Shown: positions 26,701-37,268 of the stretch, in pieces | Layout: every line of letters begins with the position of its first letter | How positions within the stretch are numbered: position 1 is the stretch's first letter | NCBI GenBank assembly: GCA_030592635.1 | Contig: JAUVIS010000003.1 | Span: 1-46,353 of the forward strand | Direction of reading: 5' to 3' | Source: Candidatus Fermentibacteraceae bacterium | GTDB taxonomy: Bacteria > Fermentibacterota > Fermentibacteria > Fermentibacterales > JCC-6 | DNA: 46,353 bases | Notes under the pieces: model-generated | The model's database searches: none | Told to the model about the DNA's origin: nothing | What the model saw: the letters and a program-made list of their open reading frames with translations, nothing else | Made by a program: the position numbers and the translations under genes

Positions 26701-28459
26701 AGAAGATCATCTGAGCCGGTATCTGGAGCTTGCCTTCAATCAGGCAAAGGAACTTGTCTATGTCAAAGACAGCAAACTGCGGTTCCTCACCTGCAACTGG
26801 TCTTTTGCTGATTTCTTCGGCATGGATACTCCGGAAAAAATCCACGGGTTGTGCTCAGGAGATATCATGCCCCCCCTGGCGGCCGAGGAAGACACCAGAA
26901 CTGACAAACTGGCGATGGAAAACAGTTTTTCACTGCGGACAGTGCTTTCTTTTGAAGAGGGTGATGGTAAAACCAGAGTTTTCAGCTGCCTGAAGGTACC
27001 CCTTATCGAGCTGGATCTGCCCATTGGCACTTTCTGCATTATGCGGGACATCTCCAGCGAAGAAGATCAGATGGAAGAGTACCGCAGTCGTGAAGCGGTC
27101 AACTCCGCGATAATACGCAATGCCCCTGTTGGCATTTCCGTCCGTGATTCCGTTGGCAATCTCCTCTCCTACAACAAAGCCTGGCAGAGAATATGGAACA
27201 ACAGTGCTGAAGATGTCAAAGCTGACATGAATCATACTCGAACTGAACTCCAGCTGGATAGCTCCGACTCTTACCTGGCCAATTATCATGACAAGCTCAT
27301 TGATGTGTACACTTCCGGAGAGGAATTTTTCGTTCCGGAAGTAAAAACGAGCAAGAAAAGAGACGGTCTGGATGTCTGGGTTTCACAGCACTTTTATGCG
27401 ATACTGAACCCGGATGACTCCGTGCAGCGGGTGGTGGTACTCACCGTTGATATCTCCGACCAGGTGTACAGCAGAAAAGCCCTGAAAACTACACAGCAGA
27501 ACTACAGGAAACTCTCTGAGACCATCCCGGTGGGGGTATTCAGGAGCGAGATCAGAGAAAACGGTCTGATCCTTTCTATGAATCCCGCCCTGAGAAGAAT
27601 GTTTGGATTTTCTGAACACAGAAGCCAGAATGTAAGAATCAGCGACCTCCCGGCAGACCCTTCGGAAGCGGGTAACATTATCAGTCTCCTGCAGCGTAAG
27701 GGAAGAATTGATGACCGCGAGATTCTCCTGAAAAAAACTGACGGTTCCACCTTCTGGGCATCATTTACAATGAGCACACTTACGGAAGCTTCTGTTTCCA
27801 TTGCCGAGAGCGTTGTTACTGATATAACAAGTAGAATGAACGCGTTCCAGCAGCTTCAGAAAACCATAGACGGTGTTGTTCTTGCAATGAGTCGACTGGT
27901 GGATATGAAAGACCCGTATACTTCCGGACACCAGAAAAGAGTGGCGGATCTTGCCTGCGCAATCGGAGAAGAACTTGGAATGAAGCGCCACATGATTGAT
28001 GGTCTTAGAATCGCGGGGATACTTCATGATATTGGCAAGATGGCAGTGCCTACTGAAATTCTCACAAAGCCGGGCTCTATCACAAGAAGTGAGATGCTCC
28101 TGCTCAGAGAACACGCGGAAGACGGATATGATATTCTCAAATCCATTGACTTTCCATGGCCTGTGGCAGACATAGTTCTTCAGCATCACGAAAGAATTGA
28201 CGGCAGCGGCTACCCGCTGGGTATCAAGGGAGCTGACACTCGACTTGAATCGAAGATACTTGCCGTGGCCGATGTTGTTGAAGCCATGGCCACAATGAGA
28301 CCATACAGGGCAAGTCTGGGGCTTCATGAGGCTCTTCAGACTATTACCGCAGGCTCGGGAATCTACTTTGACAGACAGGTTGTTGAAGCCTGTATGCGGC
28401 TCTTCATGGAAAAAAACTACCAGCTCTCCGAAGAAGATTCTCTGGTTTCAATCAGGTAG
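26660..28459 (+). CDS. Multi-PAS HD-GYP c-di-GMP phosphodiesterase
   Basis: Three PAS-like domains; DPYTSGHQ.RV, LHDIGK, HHERIDGSGYP, ADVVEAM...RPYR; start uncertain. Confidence 0.92.
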   Translation: MVSCQIWRICLKNKEDHLSRYLELAFNQAKELVYVKDSKLRFLTCNWSFADFFGMDTPEKIHGLCSGDIMPPLAAEEDTRTDKLAMENSFSLRTVLSFEEGDGKTRVFSCLKVPLIELDLPIGTFCIMRDISSEEDQMEEYRSREAVNSAIIRNAPVGISVRDSVGNLLSYNKAWQRIWNNSAEDVKADMNHTRTELQLDSSDSYLANYHDKLIDVYTSGEEFFVPEVKTSKKRDGLDVWVSQHFYAILNPDDSVQRVVVLTVDISDQVYSRKALKTTQQNYRKLSETIPVGVFRSEIRENGLILSMNPALRRMFGFSEHRSQNVRISDLPADPSEAGNIISLLQRKGRIDDREILLKKTDGSTFWASFTMSTLTEASVSIAESVVTDITSRMNAFQQLQKTIDGVVLAMSRLVDMKDPYTSGHQKRVADLACAIGEELGMKRHMIDGLRIAGILHDIGKMAVPTEILTKPGSITRSEMLLLREHAEDGYDILKSIDFPWPVADIVLQHHERIDGSGYPLGIKGADTRLESKILAVADVVEAMATMRPYRASLGLHEALQTITAGSGIYFDRQVVEACMRLFMEKNYQLSEEDSLVSIR

Positions 28460-29114
28460 CGGATGTAAGTCGGCTTATAGTTTCTTCCACCGTGAGTATA
28501 TCTACCTGAGTATCCAGACAATCTCCTGCCGGTCTGGTGTTTTCCACACCCGCAACAGGAACCGGACGGGCATCCAGCATTCCCTGACCAAGATCTCTGG
28601 GGCAGGCCACCGCGACAACAGCAAGAGGTCTCAGCTCCCTGATGTGGCGTCTTGCCAGTGTTCCACCGGTTGCTATGGCGATCTTCACACCTGTACGGTC
28701 GGCCAGATCAAGCAGCGATCCCACAGGACACCCGCCGCACCTGATACAGTTGTATGGATTGAACGTTATTCTGCGATCGCAGTCGTGCCTCTGAAGACAA
28801 TGTGGAAGAAGAAGAAGAATTCTACCGGCAGGAACTGAGCCGCCAAGCTTTCGAAGTGTTTTATCCGATCCCAGAGAAATAACCATTTCCTCTGCCGCGA
28901 ACCCCTCCCCGCCGAGAATGCCGGCCATGGGTTTGAGAACATGAAAGGAAATAGCGAGAAACATGCCGGTTCTGAATAAGCCAAGAATGTTAACAAGAAC
29001 AACTGTTGCCGCAGCCCAGTACCACTGATGGGTTGTGAGGAAAACAATAACCGCCGGAAAAAAGGAAAAGACCGTTAACCCCAGATGATAATGAAAAATG
29101 TTGTTACTTCTCAC
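28452..29114 (-). CDS. DUF116 family protein
   Basis: LLLPHCLQ...C, C.RCG.C, IATGGTLAR, VAVAC.RDL, N.RP.G.C.DT; typical neighbour of fmt. Confidence 0.85.
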   Translation of the reverse strand: MRSNNIFHYHLGLTVFSFFPAVIVFLTTHQWYWAAATVVLVNILGLFRTGMFLAISFHVLKPMAGILGGEGFAAEEMVISLGSDKTLRKLGGSVPAGRILLLLPHCLQRHDCDRRITFNPYNCIRCGGCPVGSLLDLADRTGVKIAIATGGTLARRHIRELRPLAVVAVACPRDLGQGMLDARPVPVAGVENTRPAGDCLDTQVDILTVEETISRLTSAT

Positions 29115-30021
29115 CCAGATGATCCCCCCTCTCTATCCTGTAGCCTCTCACATATTCATCAGCACTCATTCTGCGTTTCCCCTGTGGTTGCACTTCCTTA
29201 ATGGTAATGGAACCAGTGCCGCATCCGATAACAAGAGGCCTGGTCTCAAGCACCTTTCCCGGTGCGCCATGGAGCGTGGAGGGTTCCGCGGAATATATTT
29301 TTAGAATCTTTGGCCCGTTCATTGTTCTCGCTCCGGGAACAGGATTGAAGGCGAGGATCGTTCTTCCAACTTCTTCAGCGGGGCTCTGCCAGTTGATTAC
29401 CGATTCCTCCGGTGTAACCTTTTCCGCATAGCTTTCTGCTCCCGTCTGCGGTACAGGCTTCAATGTGCCGGCGGAGTATCCGGCAAGAACCTCGGGAAGA
29501 GCCAGAGCCGCAGCTTCCGCCAGGGATTTCTCCAGCTCACCGGCAGTTTCAGTGCCACCGATTTCCCGGTAGACTGTATAAAGAATATCGCCGGTGTCCC
29601 AGCCCTCATCCGTAAGCATGAAGCAGACACCGGTTGCTTTATCTCCTTCGAGAATGGTTCTGATAACAGGGGCAGCGCCTCTGTGTCCGGGTAGCAGTGA
29701 GGGATGAATGTTTACCACTCCAAGTGGCGCTATACCCAGAAGCCACCCGGGAAGCCAGCCTCCGTAGGATGCGCTGACCATCACATCAGGTGAAATCTCT
29801 CTGAGTACATCCCTTATATCCTTCAGCTTCTCGGGTTGCAGAAGGTTTATTCCCAGTTCATCCGCAAGAGCGGCCACTGGAGGTTTTGAGAATTTTCTTC
29901 CCCGCCCGGATCGTCTGTCCGGACGGGAAATAACAAGCGCGACCTCAATATTTTCAGAACTTTGAAGAGATCTTAAAGCCGGCAGCGCGAACACCGATGT
30001 ACCGAGAAAGATCAGTTTCAA
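29104..30021 (-). CDS. fmt: Methionyl-tRNA formyltransferase
   Basis: IFLGT..FA, PDR..GRG, NIHPSLLP..RGAAP, DTGDI, VQPQGKR.M. Confidence 0.96.
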   Translation of the reverse strand: MKLIFLGTSVFALPALRSLQSSENIEVALVISRPDRRSGRGRKFSKPPVAALADELGINLLQPEKLKDIRDVLREISPDVMVSASYGGWLPGWLLGIAPLGVVNIHPSLLPGHRGAAPVIRTILEGDKATGVCFMLTDEGWDTGDILYTVYREIGGTETAGELEKSLAEAAALALPEVLAGYSAGTLKPVPQTGAESYAEKVTPEESVINWQSPAEEVGRTILAFNPVPGARTMNGPKILKIYSAEPSTLHGAPGKVLETRPLVIGCGTGSITIKEVQPQGKRRMSADEYVRGYRIERGDHLGEK

Positions 30022-30545
30022 TACACCCGCCCGCCCTCTCTCAGTTTTCTGAGTCTTCCCTTGAGAAGCTTTCGTTTGATCGGGCTCAGCTTATCCACAA
30101 ACAGAATCCCGTCAAGGTGATCAACCTCGTGAAGTATCAGCCTGGCTGCAAGTCCGCCGACATCAAGAGAAAAAATGTTTCCGCGTATATCCGCAGCCTT
30201 GATATTCACTCTGGATGACCGTGAAAGCATCTCATAAATACCGGGCACACTTAAACATCCCTCTTCTCTCTTTTCCATATCTCCGTAGGGATGTATTTCC
30301 GGATTGATGAACACCACATGTCCGTTCAGCTCATCAAGGTAATCCGGAATGGCTATAAACAGCCTGACGGATTCTCCCACCTGCGGAGCGGCAAGACCCA
30401 GCCCTTCAGCGGCTTCCAGAGTCTTTTCCATAGTTCCGACCAGGCTGACTATGTACGGCATATCATCAGGAAAGACCAGCGGTCTGCTTTTCCGCCTCAG
30501 TACAGGATCACCTATTATCCGAACTTTATTCAGCAGGTTTTGCAT
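30018..30545 (-). CDS. def: Peptide deformylase
   Basis: GLGLAAPQVG, EGCLSVPG, HEVDHLDG. Confidence 0.97.
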   Translation of the reverse strand: MQNLLNKVRIIGDPVLRRKSRPLVFPDDMPYIVSLVGTMEKTLEAAEGLGLAAPQVGESVRLFIAIPDYLDELNGHVVFINPEIHPYGDMEKREEGCLSVPGIYEMLSRSSRVNIKAADIRGNIFSLDVGGLAARLILHEVDHLDGILFVDKLSPIKRKLLKGRLRKLREGGRVY

Positions 30546-30925
30546 TTGGAAGACACTTCTTCCCCGAGAATGGTCAAAGCAGTACGGTCAACATCGATTT
30601 TTACGGAATCAGCAATCCTGATTGTAACAACATCTCCCTTGAGATTGGTAATTACACCGTGGATTCCGCCGTTTGTTACAACATTGTTTCCCTTCTGCAT
30701 GGATTCACGCATTTCAGCCATCCTCTTTGACTGCTTCTGCTGTGGTCTGATGATCAGGAAGTAGAAGATACCCACCATGGCAACTATGGGAAGAAGACCC
30801 ATGATTCCACCTCCGCCAAGACAGCTCGCGGGCGAGGCGGCCTCTTCCGCGCCTCCGGCTGTTTCCTGGGCCATGGCTGACACCGCGAGAAAAACCGGGA
30901 TTGTAACAATATTTCTGATTTTCAT
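30530..30925 (-). CDS. yajC: Preprotein translocase subunit YajC
   Basis: FYFLIIRPQQKQ, G..VVTNGGIHG. Confidence 0.93.
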   Translation of the reverse strand: MKIRNIVTIPVFLAVSAMAQETAGGAEEAASPASCLGGGGIMGLLPIVAMVGIFYFLIIRPQQKQSKRMAEMRESMQKGNNVVTNGGIHGVITNLKGDVVTIRIADSVKIDVDRTALTILGEEVSSKCKTC

Positions 30926-30927
30926 TT

Positions 30928-31788
30928 TTACCTTTCCTTTTCATATGAACCGGCAAGGGCACCAACAGTTCCGGTAACCGCGCCGAGTAAGATTACAAGA
31001 GTCATCCAGGACAGGGGCATAAACCTGTGAGTCACAGCACCGGAAAGTACTTCTGACAAAACAGCCGTCAGGGCAAGTCCGCAGGCGGAACCGGTCATCC
31101 CCATAAATACTCCCTCAACAACAAAGGGAACTCTGATGAACCACCATGGCGCGCCAACTGTTCTCATAATATTGACAGTGAGCGATCTGCGCACAACCGA
31201 CAATCTCACAGTATAGAAAACTACAAGAGAGATGCTTGATACAAGAACAATACCCAGAAGAATAACAAGTCGCCGGATTGTTATTACAGTTTTAATAAGG
31301 CCCGGAAGGTAATTCTCGCCGTATACCGCATCCTTCACTCCTTCAATGGCACCAATAGTCCGGGAAAGTTCCGACATTCTTTCCTGGCTCATGGCTTCCG
31401 TCTCAAAAGCGATCTGAAGAGACGCGGGAAGCCTGAAATCGCTGCCCATCACATCCAGAAGATCCGTCCTGCCGGGAAGTTCTGCTCTGAAGAGTGCCTC
31501 AGCCTCCTGCGGAGAAACATAGTAAACTGATTTGATGCCCGGCAGACTGCTTATAAGATCACCGACAACTCTGCCCTCTCCCGGTGAAATATCTCTCTGG
31601 AGAAATACTTCCATTCCCACAAGGTTTTCTTCTCTGTCCATTATGCTTTGAAGATTCCATGAAATGATCAGAAATGTGTTAAACACTACGAATGCCAGCG
31701 CCACCATAAGCAGTGTGATCAGGCGGGCGCCTGGTCTGAAATGCAGATTAAGGGTGATTTCCCGGACAGCAGATCGGATAAAGCTCAT
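30928..31788 (-). CDS. ftsX: Cell division permease FtsX
   Basis: TM1, periplasmic loop, then 3 TM; M..VGA..WFIR.PF..EG; follows ftsE with ATGA overlap. Confidence 0.88.
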   Translation of the reverse strand: MSFIRSAVREITLNLHFRPGARLITLLMVALAFVVFNTFLIISWNLQSIMDREENLVGMEVFLQRDISPGEGRVVGDLISSLPGIKSVYYVSPQEAEALFRAELPGRTDLLDVMGSDFRLPASLQIAFETEAMSQERMSELSRTIGAIEGVKDAVYGENYLPGLIKTVITIRRLVILLGIVLVSSISLVVFYTVRLSVVRRSLTVNIMRTVGAPWWFIRVPFVVEGVFMGMTGSACGLALTAVLSEVLSGAVTHRFMPLSWMTLVILLGAVTGTVGALAGSYEKER

Positions 31789-32471
31789 GAGTCCTGATCC
31801 AGTTCTGTCCATCTGTCCGCTCCGCGGAGGACACCTCTATCGAGGAAAAGGAAGCGGCCTTTGCCTGCGGGAACCTGCCGGGGATCGTGTGTAGCCATAA
31901 CCACAGTGGTTCCACCCCGGTTGATTTCAAGAAGAAGCTCAACAACCTCCCTGGAAACTTCAGGGTCAAGGTTACCGGTGGGCTCATCGGCAAGGAGTAA
32001 CACCGGATGCGCGACCATAGCCCTGGCAATAGCCACCCTCTGCTGCTCGCCGCCGCTGAGTTCATGGGGAAATGAGTTTCTTCTGTGACTTAAGCCCATC
32101 CTTGCCAGAAGGGAAATCACTCTCTTCTGTACTGTTCTGTTCCGGGTTCCGGATACCTGCAAGGGCAAAGCCACATTATCGAACACAGTTCTGGTGTGCA
32201 GAAGCCTGAAATCCTGAAACACTATGCCGATCTTTCTTCTGAGCTGAGGAAGTTCTCTCCTCCGTATCCTGTCGGATCGGAATCCACCAACCTCAACAAA
32301 ACCCGAATCAGGCTTGTCTCCCATCCATATGAGTCTCAGCAGAGTTGTCTTCCCGGCGCCGCTGGCACCGGAGATAACAAGGAACTCGCCCCGCGTGATT
32401 TCCATATCAATTTTATCCAGAGCCGGCCATCTGCCGTAGCTTAACCGAACACCACTCATGGTTACCAGCAA
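31785..32471 (-). CDS. ftsE: Cell division ATP-binding protein FtsE
   Basis: GASGAGKT, LRRKIGIVFQDFRLL, LSGGEQQR, ADEPTGNLD. Confidence 0.95.
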   Translation of the reverse strand: MLVTMSGVRLSYGRWPALDKIDMEITRGEFLVISGASGAGKTTLLRLIWMGDKPDSGFVEVGGFRSDRIRRRELPQLRRKIGIVFQDFRLLHTRTVFDNVALPLQVSGTRNRTVQKRVISLLARMGLSHRRNSFPHELSGGEQQRVAIARAMVAHPVLLLADEPTGNLDPEVSREVVELLLEINRGGTTVVMATHDPRQVPAGKGRFLFLDRGVLRGADRWTELDQDS

Positions 32472-32731
32472 GGCGCCTCCTCATTAATCACTGAGTAAAG
32501 AGAGCTTCTGTCCTTTCTGGACACATTCTTCCCCGCAGGAACAACAAGCACCTTTATAGTAGTTCTGCTTCCGTCGGGTTTAATAAGGCTGATTACAGAA
32601 CCGGTTTCCACTGCGGATGACGCTTTCGCCCGGGAGCCATTCAATTCAACCGCACCCGCCCCAATTGCCTTCGAGGCGATAGACCGCGTTTTCAGCAGCC
32701 CGGTCACCTTAAGAAACAGATCAATTCTCAT
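32462..32731 (-). CDS. S4 RNA-binding protein (HslR/YabO-like)
   Basis: MRID.FL....L.KTRS.A...I..G.V.LNG..AK.S. Confidence 0.88.
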   Translation of the reverse strand: MRIDLFLKVTGLLKTRSIASKAIGAGAVELNGSRAKASSAVETGSVISLIKPDGSRTTIKVLVVPAGKNVSRKDRSSLYSVINEEAPCW

Positions 32732-33987
32732 TATAAATTAATCACGACTGGGATGTCGGCTCTGAGAGATTCCACCATTTCCGAGTAGTATGTCTTCCAG
32801 TAAACAGATTGCAGCATGGAAGTGAGTTCGTCACTGGTAAAGACCGTCCAGTCAATATTCTGATCCTCGCCGGTTTTGAAAACAGCAACAGCCATATCCT
32901 GTTCAATGGCTACAGGTCGGGAAACTTCACCGGGGCTCAGATTAATAACAGCCTCCCTCATCTCACCTTCCCAGGCGCCGGCGTTCACTGTGCCCAGAAA
33001 GCCATCCGTATTATGCGGATCGGGATCAAAGCTGAATTCAGCCACTGCGTCGGCAAAGGCCATTCCGGCTTCCAAATCCTCAACCAGTTCCTCTGCCTGC
33101 TGAAAGGTTCTCTCCAGATCTGCCGGTGTAAGCTGAGCAATGATAATAATGTGACTTGCGCGGACACGCTCATCATCGCGGTCCGTCAGTTTGATCAGAT
33201 GAACACCGAAAGGAGTCAGGAAGGGACCGGCAATCTCGCCGGGTTCAAGGGCGTATGCCACACCTTCAAAAGTAGCGGTCATATCTCCCCGCTCGAACCA
33301 GCCCAGATCTCCCCCGACTGAGGCGGAGCCATCCTGCGAATAGGCTGCTGCCGCGGCGGAAAAGGTAATCTCGCCCGTCTCAATGAGAGTTCTTACTTCA
33401 GACAGCAGAACTTCAGCTTCCTCTGTGTCTGAAGGCAGAACAGGAAGGTATATCCAGCTGAGGTTTGTCGGAGCAAGCGCCTCCTGAACAATCTCCGGAT
33501 TGTCAGTAAAAAATGCCGCCGCGTCAGATGGCATGGTGGTCATAGCCCTTCCTGCCTTCAGGCGGACATAATTCTCGCTGGCGATCTTGTCTCCCATTAT
33601 GGAGTAGTAACTGTTTCTCAAGGTGGCTACGGTCATTCCTGTGGAAGCAAGAAATTCCATGAACTCCTGCTCGGAGTAGAATCCACTTCTTATTTCGGCC
33701 ATGACATTGTCCACAGAACTCTCAATTTCCACTCTTTCCGGATAGATACCTTCGCGTCTGGCGGCCTCCACTAGAAGTTTCTCTTCAATGAGCTGCTCCA
33801 CAGCAAGCTGATAGGAAGGACTGGACTGATCAATCCCGTAAGCTGTTTCCTCATCAATACCCGACTCAATCAACAATGATACCGCATCAGAGTGCAGTAC
33901 AGGTTCTGACCCCACAACAGCGATTACTCTCTCCAGTGTCATGGGTACCGAAAGCATCGCAGCAACGCACAATAGGATATTTATCAA
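32731..33987 (-). CDS. SurA-like chaperone/parvulin PPIase
   Basis: RVIAVVG.EP SurA N-terminus; YSQD.S...GGDLGWF..G.M..FE; two parvulin domains. Confidence 0.88.
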   Translation of the reverse strand: MINILLCVAAMLSVPMTLERVIAVVGSEPVLHSDAVSLLIESGIDEETAYGIDQSSPSYQLAVEQLIEEKLLVEAARREGIYPERVEIESSVDNVMAEIRSGFYSEQEFMEFLASTGMTVATLRNSYYSIMGDKIASENYVRLKAGRAMTTMPSDAAAFFTDNPEIVQEALAPTNLSWIYLPVLPSDTEEAEVLLSEVRTLIETGEITFSAAAAAYSQDGSASVGGDLGWFERGDMTATFEGVAYALEPGEIAGPFLTPFGVHLIKLTDRDDERVRASHIIIIAQLTPADLERTFQQAEELVEDLEAGMAFADAVAEFSFDPDPHNTDGFLGTVNAGAWEGEMREAVINLSPGEVSRPVAIEQDMAVAVFKTGEDQNIDWTVFTSDELTSMLQSVYWKTYYSEMVESLRADIPVVINL

Positions 33988-34802
33988 TGAACTACCTCCA
34001 CGGATAATCTGTTTTCTGTCGCAAGAAGCACACTGTCAAGCGCAGCATCAATTCTGGAATTATACAAGTCCTCCGCGGCACTTCTCATGACCCGGAGAGT
34101 ATCTGTGACTGCCCGCGTCTCTGAGACCTTGAAGATATGCCATCCTATGCTGGAGTGCACAATCTCACTGAGCCCGTCAAGAAGGGCAATACCCATGGGA
34201 AGACCTTGAGCGAGCATCTCACCGCCTGTGACAAAGCCAAGATCTCCGCCTATTGCCGCTTTCTGACCAAGTGAAGAATTCTGTGCTGTTACCTGAAAAT
34301 TCTGACCCCAGCCCAGACGGGTATGCAGGGACTCGGCAATGGCGCTGTCAGCAGCGATAATCTGAAAGTAGTGCCTTTCAATAAGAAAAAGATCAGGATT
34401 CGCTATCATATAAGCCCGTACTTCCGCCTCAACTGGCGAGTTTACGGATCCAATAACATGCTCCACCATGAGATCACGAAGGTAGAGCTGCTTAGCTCTC
34501 TCCTGAACAAATCTGCTTATTGCCGGATTTTCCAGACCGGCTTCCTCCGCCGCGCAGGCAAGCAGCTGATCCTCAATCCATTCATCTGCCGCACCTTCGC
34601 CCGCCCTGACAAAGGCGGCATCAGAAGCGTAAAGAACATGTGTGCCCACGGAAGCAAGAATCTCTCTTTCCAGATTCCCGGGTTCAACAGCCGGAGGTGA
34701 ATCAGTTCTCACAGTTCCTGAATGCGAAACAAGAATAAACAGAGTAACTCCCGCAACAATGCCGGTGAGTATCCACAAAGCCAGGGGCACTGATCTTCCC
34801 AT
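33984..34802 (-). CDS. Parvulin-type PPIase, membrane anchored
   Basis: F...AQ..S......GGDLGFV, S.IGWHIFKV. Confidence 0.8.
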   Translation of the reverse strand: MGRSVPLALWILTGIVAGVTLFILVSHSGTVRTDSPPAVEPGNLEREILASVGTHVLYASDAAFVRAGEGAADEWIEDQLLACAAEEAGLENPAISRFVQERAKQLYLRDLMVEHVIGSVNSPVEAEVRAYMIANPDLFLIERHYFQIIAADSAIAESLHTRLGWGQNFQVTAQNSSLGQKAAIGGDLGFVTGGEMLAQGLPMGIALLDGLSEIVHSSIGWHIFKVSETRAVTDTLRVMRSAAEDLYNSRIDAALDSVLLATENRLSVEVVH

Positions 34803-34818
34803 TGATTTCCCCGTCCTT

Positions 34819-35634
34819 CTATATGTGATTCAGGAGACGCTCCGGCCACATGTTAACCACATGCTCCTCTCGCAGATTTTCAAGCAGATCAACCAGCAGT
34901 ATTTCCTGTTTGGCGGATACAAGTTCCATAGCGGCCAGCTCAATGATCTCGTCATCTGTGAACTGAGCGGCCATCTGCTTCTTTTCCATAAGCTGAACAA
35001 TGTGGTATCCGATCGAAGTCTCAACTACTCCGGATATCTCACCCGTAGAGAGTTGACACACAGCCTCCATGAAAGTCGGCGAGACCATGCCTCTGCTGAT
35101 CCACCCCAGGCTGCCCCCGGAGGAAGAGCTGGGATCCACAGAGAACTGGGCAGCCAGTGTAACAAAGGATTCGCCGGCATTCAGCCTGGAAAGTACAGAT
35201 GACGCCATAACTTCATCAGGCAGAAGAATGTGCCTGATGTTGTATTCAAGGGTATATGTTTCACCCCAGACATCAATGTAGTTTTCAACCTCCAGCCGCG
35301 ACACTTCAACATCCCCAAGAATATCTGTAATGTAGGCCTCAATAATTATCTGGTTTACAGTCTGCTCAATCACAGCCGCCACATCCGAGCGGGCAGCAAT
35401 GTTGCTCTCTTGTGCCGCAGTTAAAATAAGTTGCTCTCTTACCCATAGTTCAAGTACTTCGGAAGCAGCGGCTTCTGTGGTTATTCCCAGACCTGAAACA
35501 GCCTCCGGGCCTCCAACCATTCCAAGCAGATCCTCCCAGACAAGCTCACTGGAATCAACTGAAGCGAGCACATCCCCGACGGCGGTGCCGCACAGAACTG
35601 CTGTCAACATTATCATGTATACAAGGGTCTTCAT
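34819..35634 (-). CDS. Parvulin-type PPIase (PrsA-like)
   Basis: IRHILL, F..LA..FSVD..S...GGSLGW, ETSIGYHIV. Confidence 0.88.
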   Translation of the reverse strand: MKTLVYMIMLTAVLCGTAVGDVLASVDSSELVWEDLLGMVGGPEAVSGLGITTEAAASEVLELWVREQLILTAAQESNIAARSDVAAVIEQTVNQIIIEAYITDILGDVEVSRLEVENYIDVWGETYTLEYNIRHILLPDEVMASSVLSRLNAGESFVTLAAQFSVDPSSSSGGSLGWISRGMVSPTFMEAVCQLSTGEISGVVETSIGYHIVQLMEKKQMAAQFTDDEIIELAAMELVSAKQEILLVDLLENLREEHVVNMWPERLLNHI

Positions 35635-35651
35635 ATCAATTTTCCTTCCAT

Positions 35652-37250
35652 TTACCGTGTTCCGCCCCAGAGATCAATCTCCCGCACAGCGGCAGTATCT
35701 ATGGTTGCAGAGTATCTGGCATTAAGATCGTTCATCAGGCCCTCAAACCCGGAGGAAAACATCATGGAAGCAGCCATCAGCTCTGCCTGAGAATAAACAT
35801 CTTCCAGTGAAGCGATCCCCGGAGGAACAATCTCAACTACCTTGAACCATGCCGCAAGTTCCCCATCCAGTAATACCGGCCCGGAAAAGACTCCGGAATC
35901 AGCGGCGAAAATTGCGGATCCGAGTTCCCCGCCGAAAGCCCGCTCAACCTGAAGCGGTGTGGGCATCATTGTTCCACTCCGATCCTGAACAGTTTGATAA
36001 CCGGCCAGTTCATCAAAGCTCAAGGCAGTCTGAGAATCAAGAGTTGAGGAGCTGTCAGTGTAGCCGAGAAGAACAGAGCGTCTTTCCGGTAAGTGGAACA
36101 GCTCTCTGTTCTCTTCAAACCAGAGGACAACACCGGCGCTGTCAGGAATACTTGCCTCAAGCACACGACTTCTCATAACACACTCTGCTCTGGCGTAGTC
36201 AAGAGCGTTTTCCGGAAGGATAATCCCGTTTTCTACCGCCAGTTCGGCAAGTCCATACCTCTGTGCTATCGATTTGACATAAAACCAGAGGGTAGCTTCA
36301 GTGGTCATAAATATTTCAGGCGGTGAAAAAACCGCTATTTCCTCAGGCACCTCTCCGGGAAAGTTCACAGGATCCGCCATCATCATTACATCCACAATAT
36401 CCGCAACGGTAAGGGTGTCTCTGCCCAGAAGAACTACAGGCTCCCGAGTACCGGGCCCGTCTGGAACGATCCGGGTTCCACTTACTGTGCAATTGGCCGC
36501 AAGGGCGGAGATTCCTCTGGAAAGAATGGTGTCCGGTGTGATCACGGCAACAGTATTCATGAATCCCAGACTTGTAGCATTGTCCGCGGGTATCCATTCT
36601 CCCTCTGTAAGATTGAGAATGCAAACACACCACTCTCCATACATCGGCAGCACATGGGCGATTCCAGTCTCCATGGCCAGAAGAGGAAAAAAGGAAGGTG
36701 TGATTCTTTGAACCGGACCTGTAAAGCTTCTGTAGCTTGATCCATCCGGCAGGCTCCAGGGAGCAAACATAGAAGGAACGGAGACATCGTAGTTACCACT
36801 GTTCCACTTATCGTTCATCTCCAGTGCAGCAAGCGAATCATCCAGGAGAACAACACGAAGAGTAAAGTCGGAATATCCGCACGAGGCCATGGAATCAATA
36901 TAGCCCGGCTGATCGAATGCAAATCCAATGCGGTTGAACATGGAATCAGCAAGCATGGATACCCTGTAAAGATCTTCCCAGCCTTCGGAGACTGTTCTGT
37001 CCTCTTCCCAGGCGGAGAGAAGCATCCTCTTCACCATTATCCGGTTCATCAATTCCATTCTTCCGCCAGGTTCAAGAACCGCGACCTGCTCGTCTGCGGG
37101 AAGGTTGTTGAAAACAGCAAGATACTCTTCCGTGGTAACAGGAACTCCTCCCACAGAGCCCGGATCACCGGTTCTCCCGCAGGAAGAAATCAGGAAAATC
37201 ATAATCATAGCGACGAAAAGAATGTAAAGAAACACACGCATTGGTTCCAC
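35652..37250 (-). CDS. Lipoprotein, degenerate PpiD/PPIase-like
   Basis: Lipobox ISSC; FEENRELF..PERR, SGPV.......FKV...P..ASLEDV. Confidence 0.55.
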   Translation of the reverse strand: MEPMRVFLYILFVAMIMIFLISSCGRTGDPGSVGGVPVTTEEYLAVFNNLPADEQVAVLEPGGRMELMNRIMVKRMLLSAWEEDRTVSEGWEDLYRVSMLADSMFNRIGFAFDQPGYIDSMASCGYSDFTLRVVLLDDSLAALEMNDKWNSGNYDVSVPSMFAPWSLPDGSSYRSFTGPVQRITPSFFPLLAMETGIAHVLPMYGEWCVCILNLTEGEWIPADNATSLGFMNTVAVITPDTILSRGISALAANCTVSGTRIVPDGPGTREPVVLLGRDTLTVADIVDVMMMADPVNFPGEVPEEIAVFSPPEIFMTTEATLWFYVKSIAQRYGLAELAVENGIILPENALDYARAECVMRSRVLEASIPDSAGVVLWFEENRELFHLPERRSVLLGYTDSSSTLDSQTALSFDELAGYQTVQDRSGTMMPTPLQVERAFGGELGSAIFAADSGVFSGPVLLDGELAAWFKVVEIVPPGIASLEDVYSQAELMAASMMFSSGFEGLMNDLNARYSATIDTAAVREIDLWGGTR

Positions 37251-37268
37251 CTCTGCCTTAATGTAGTA

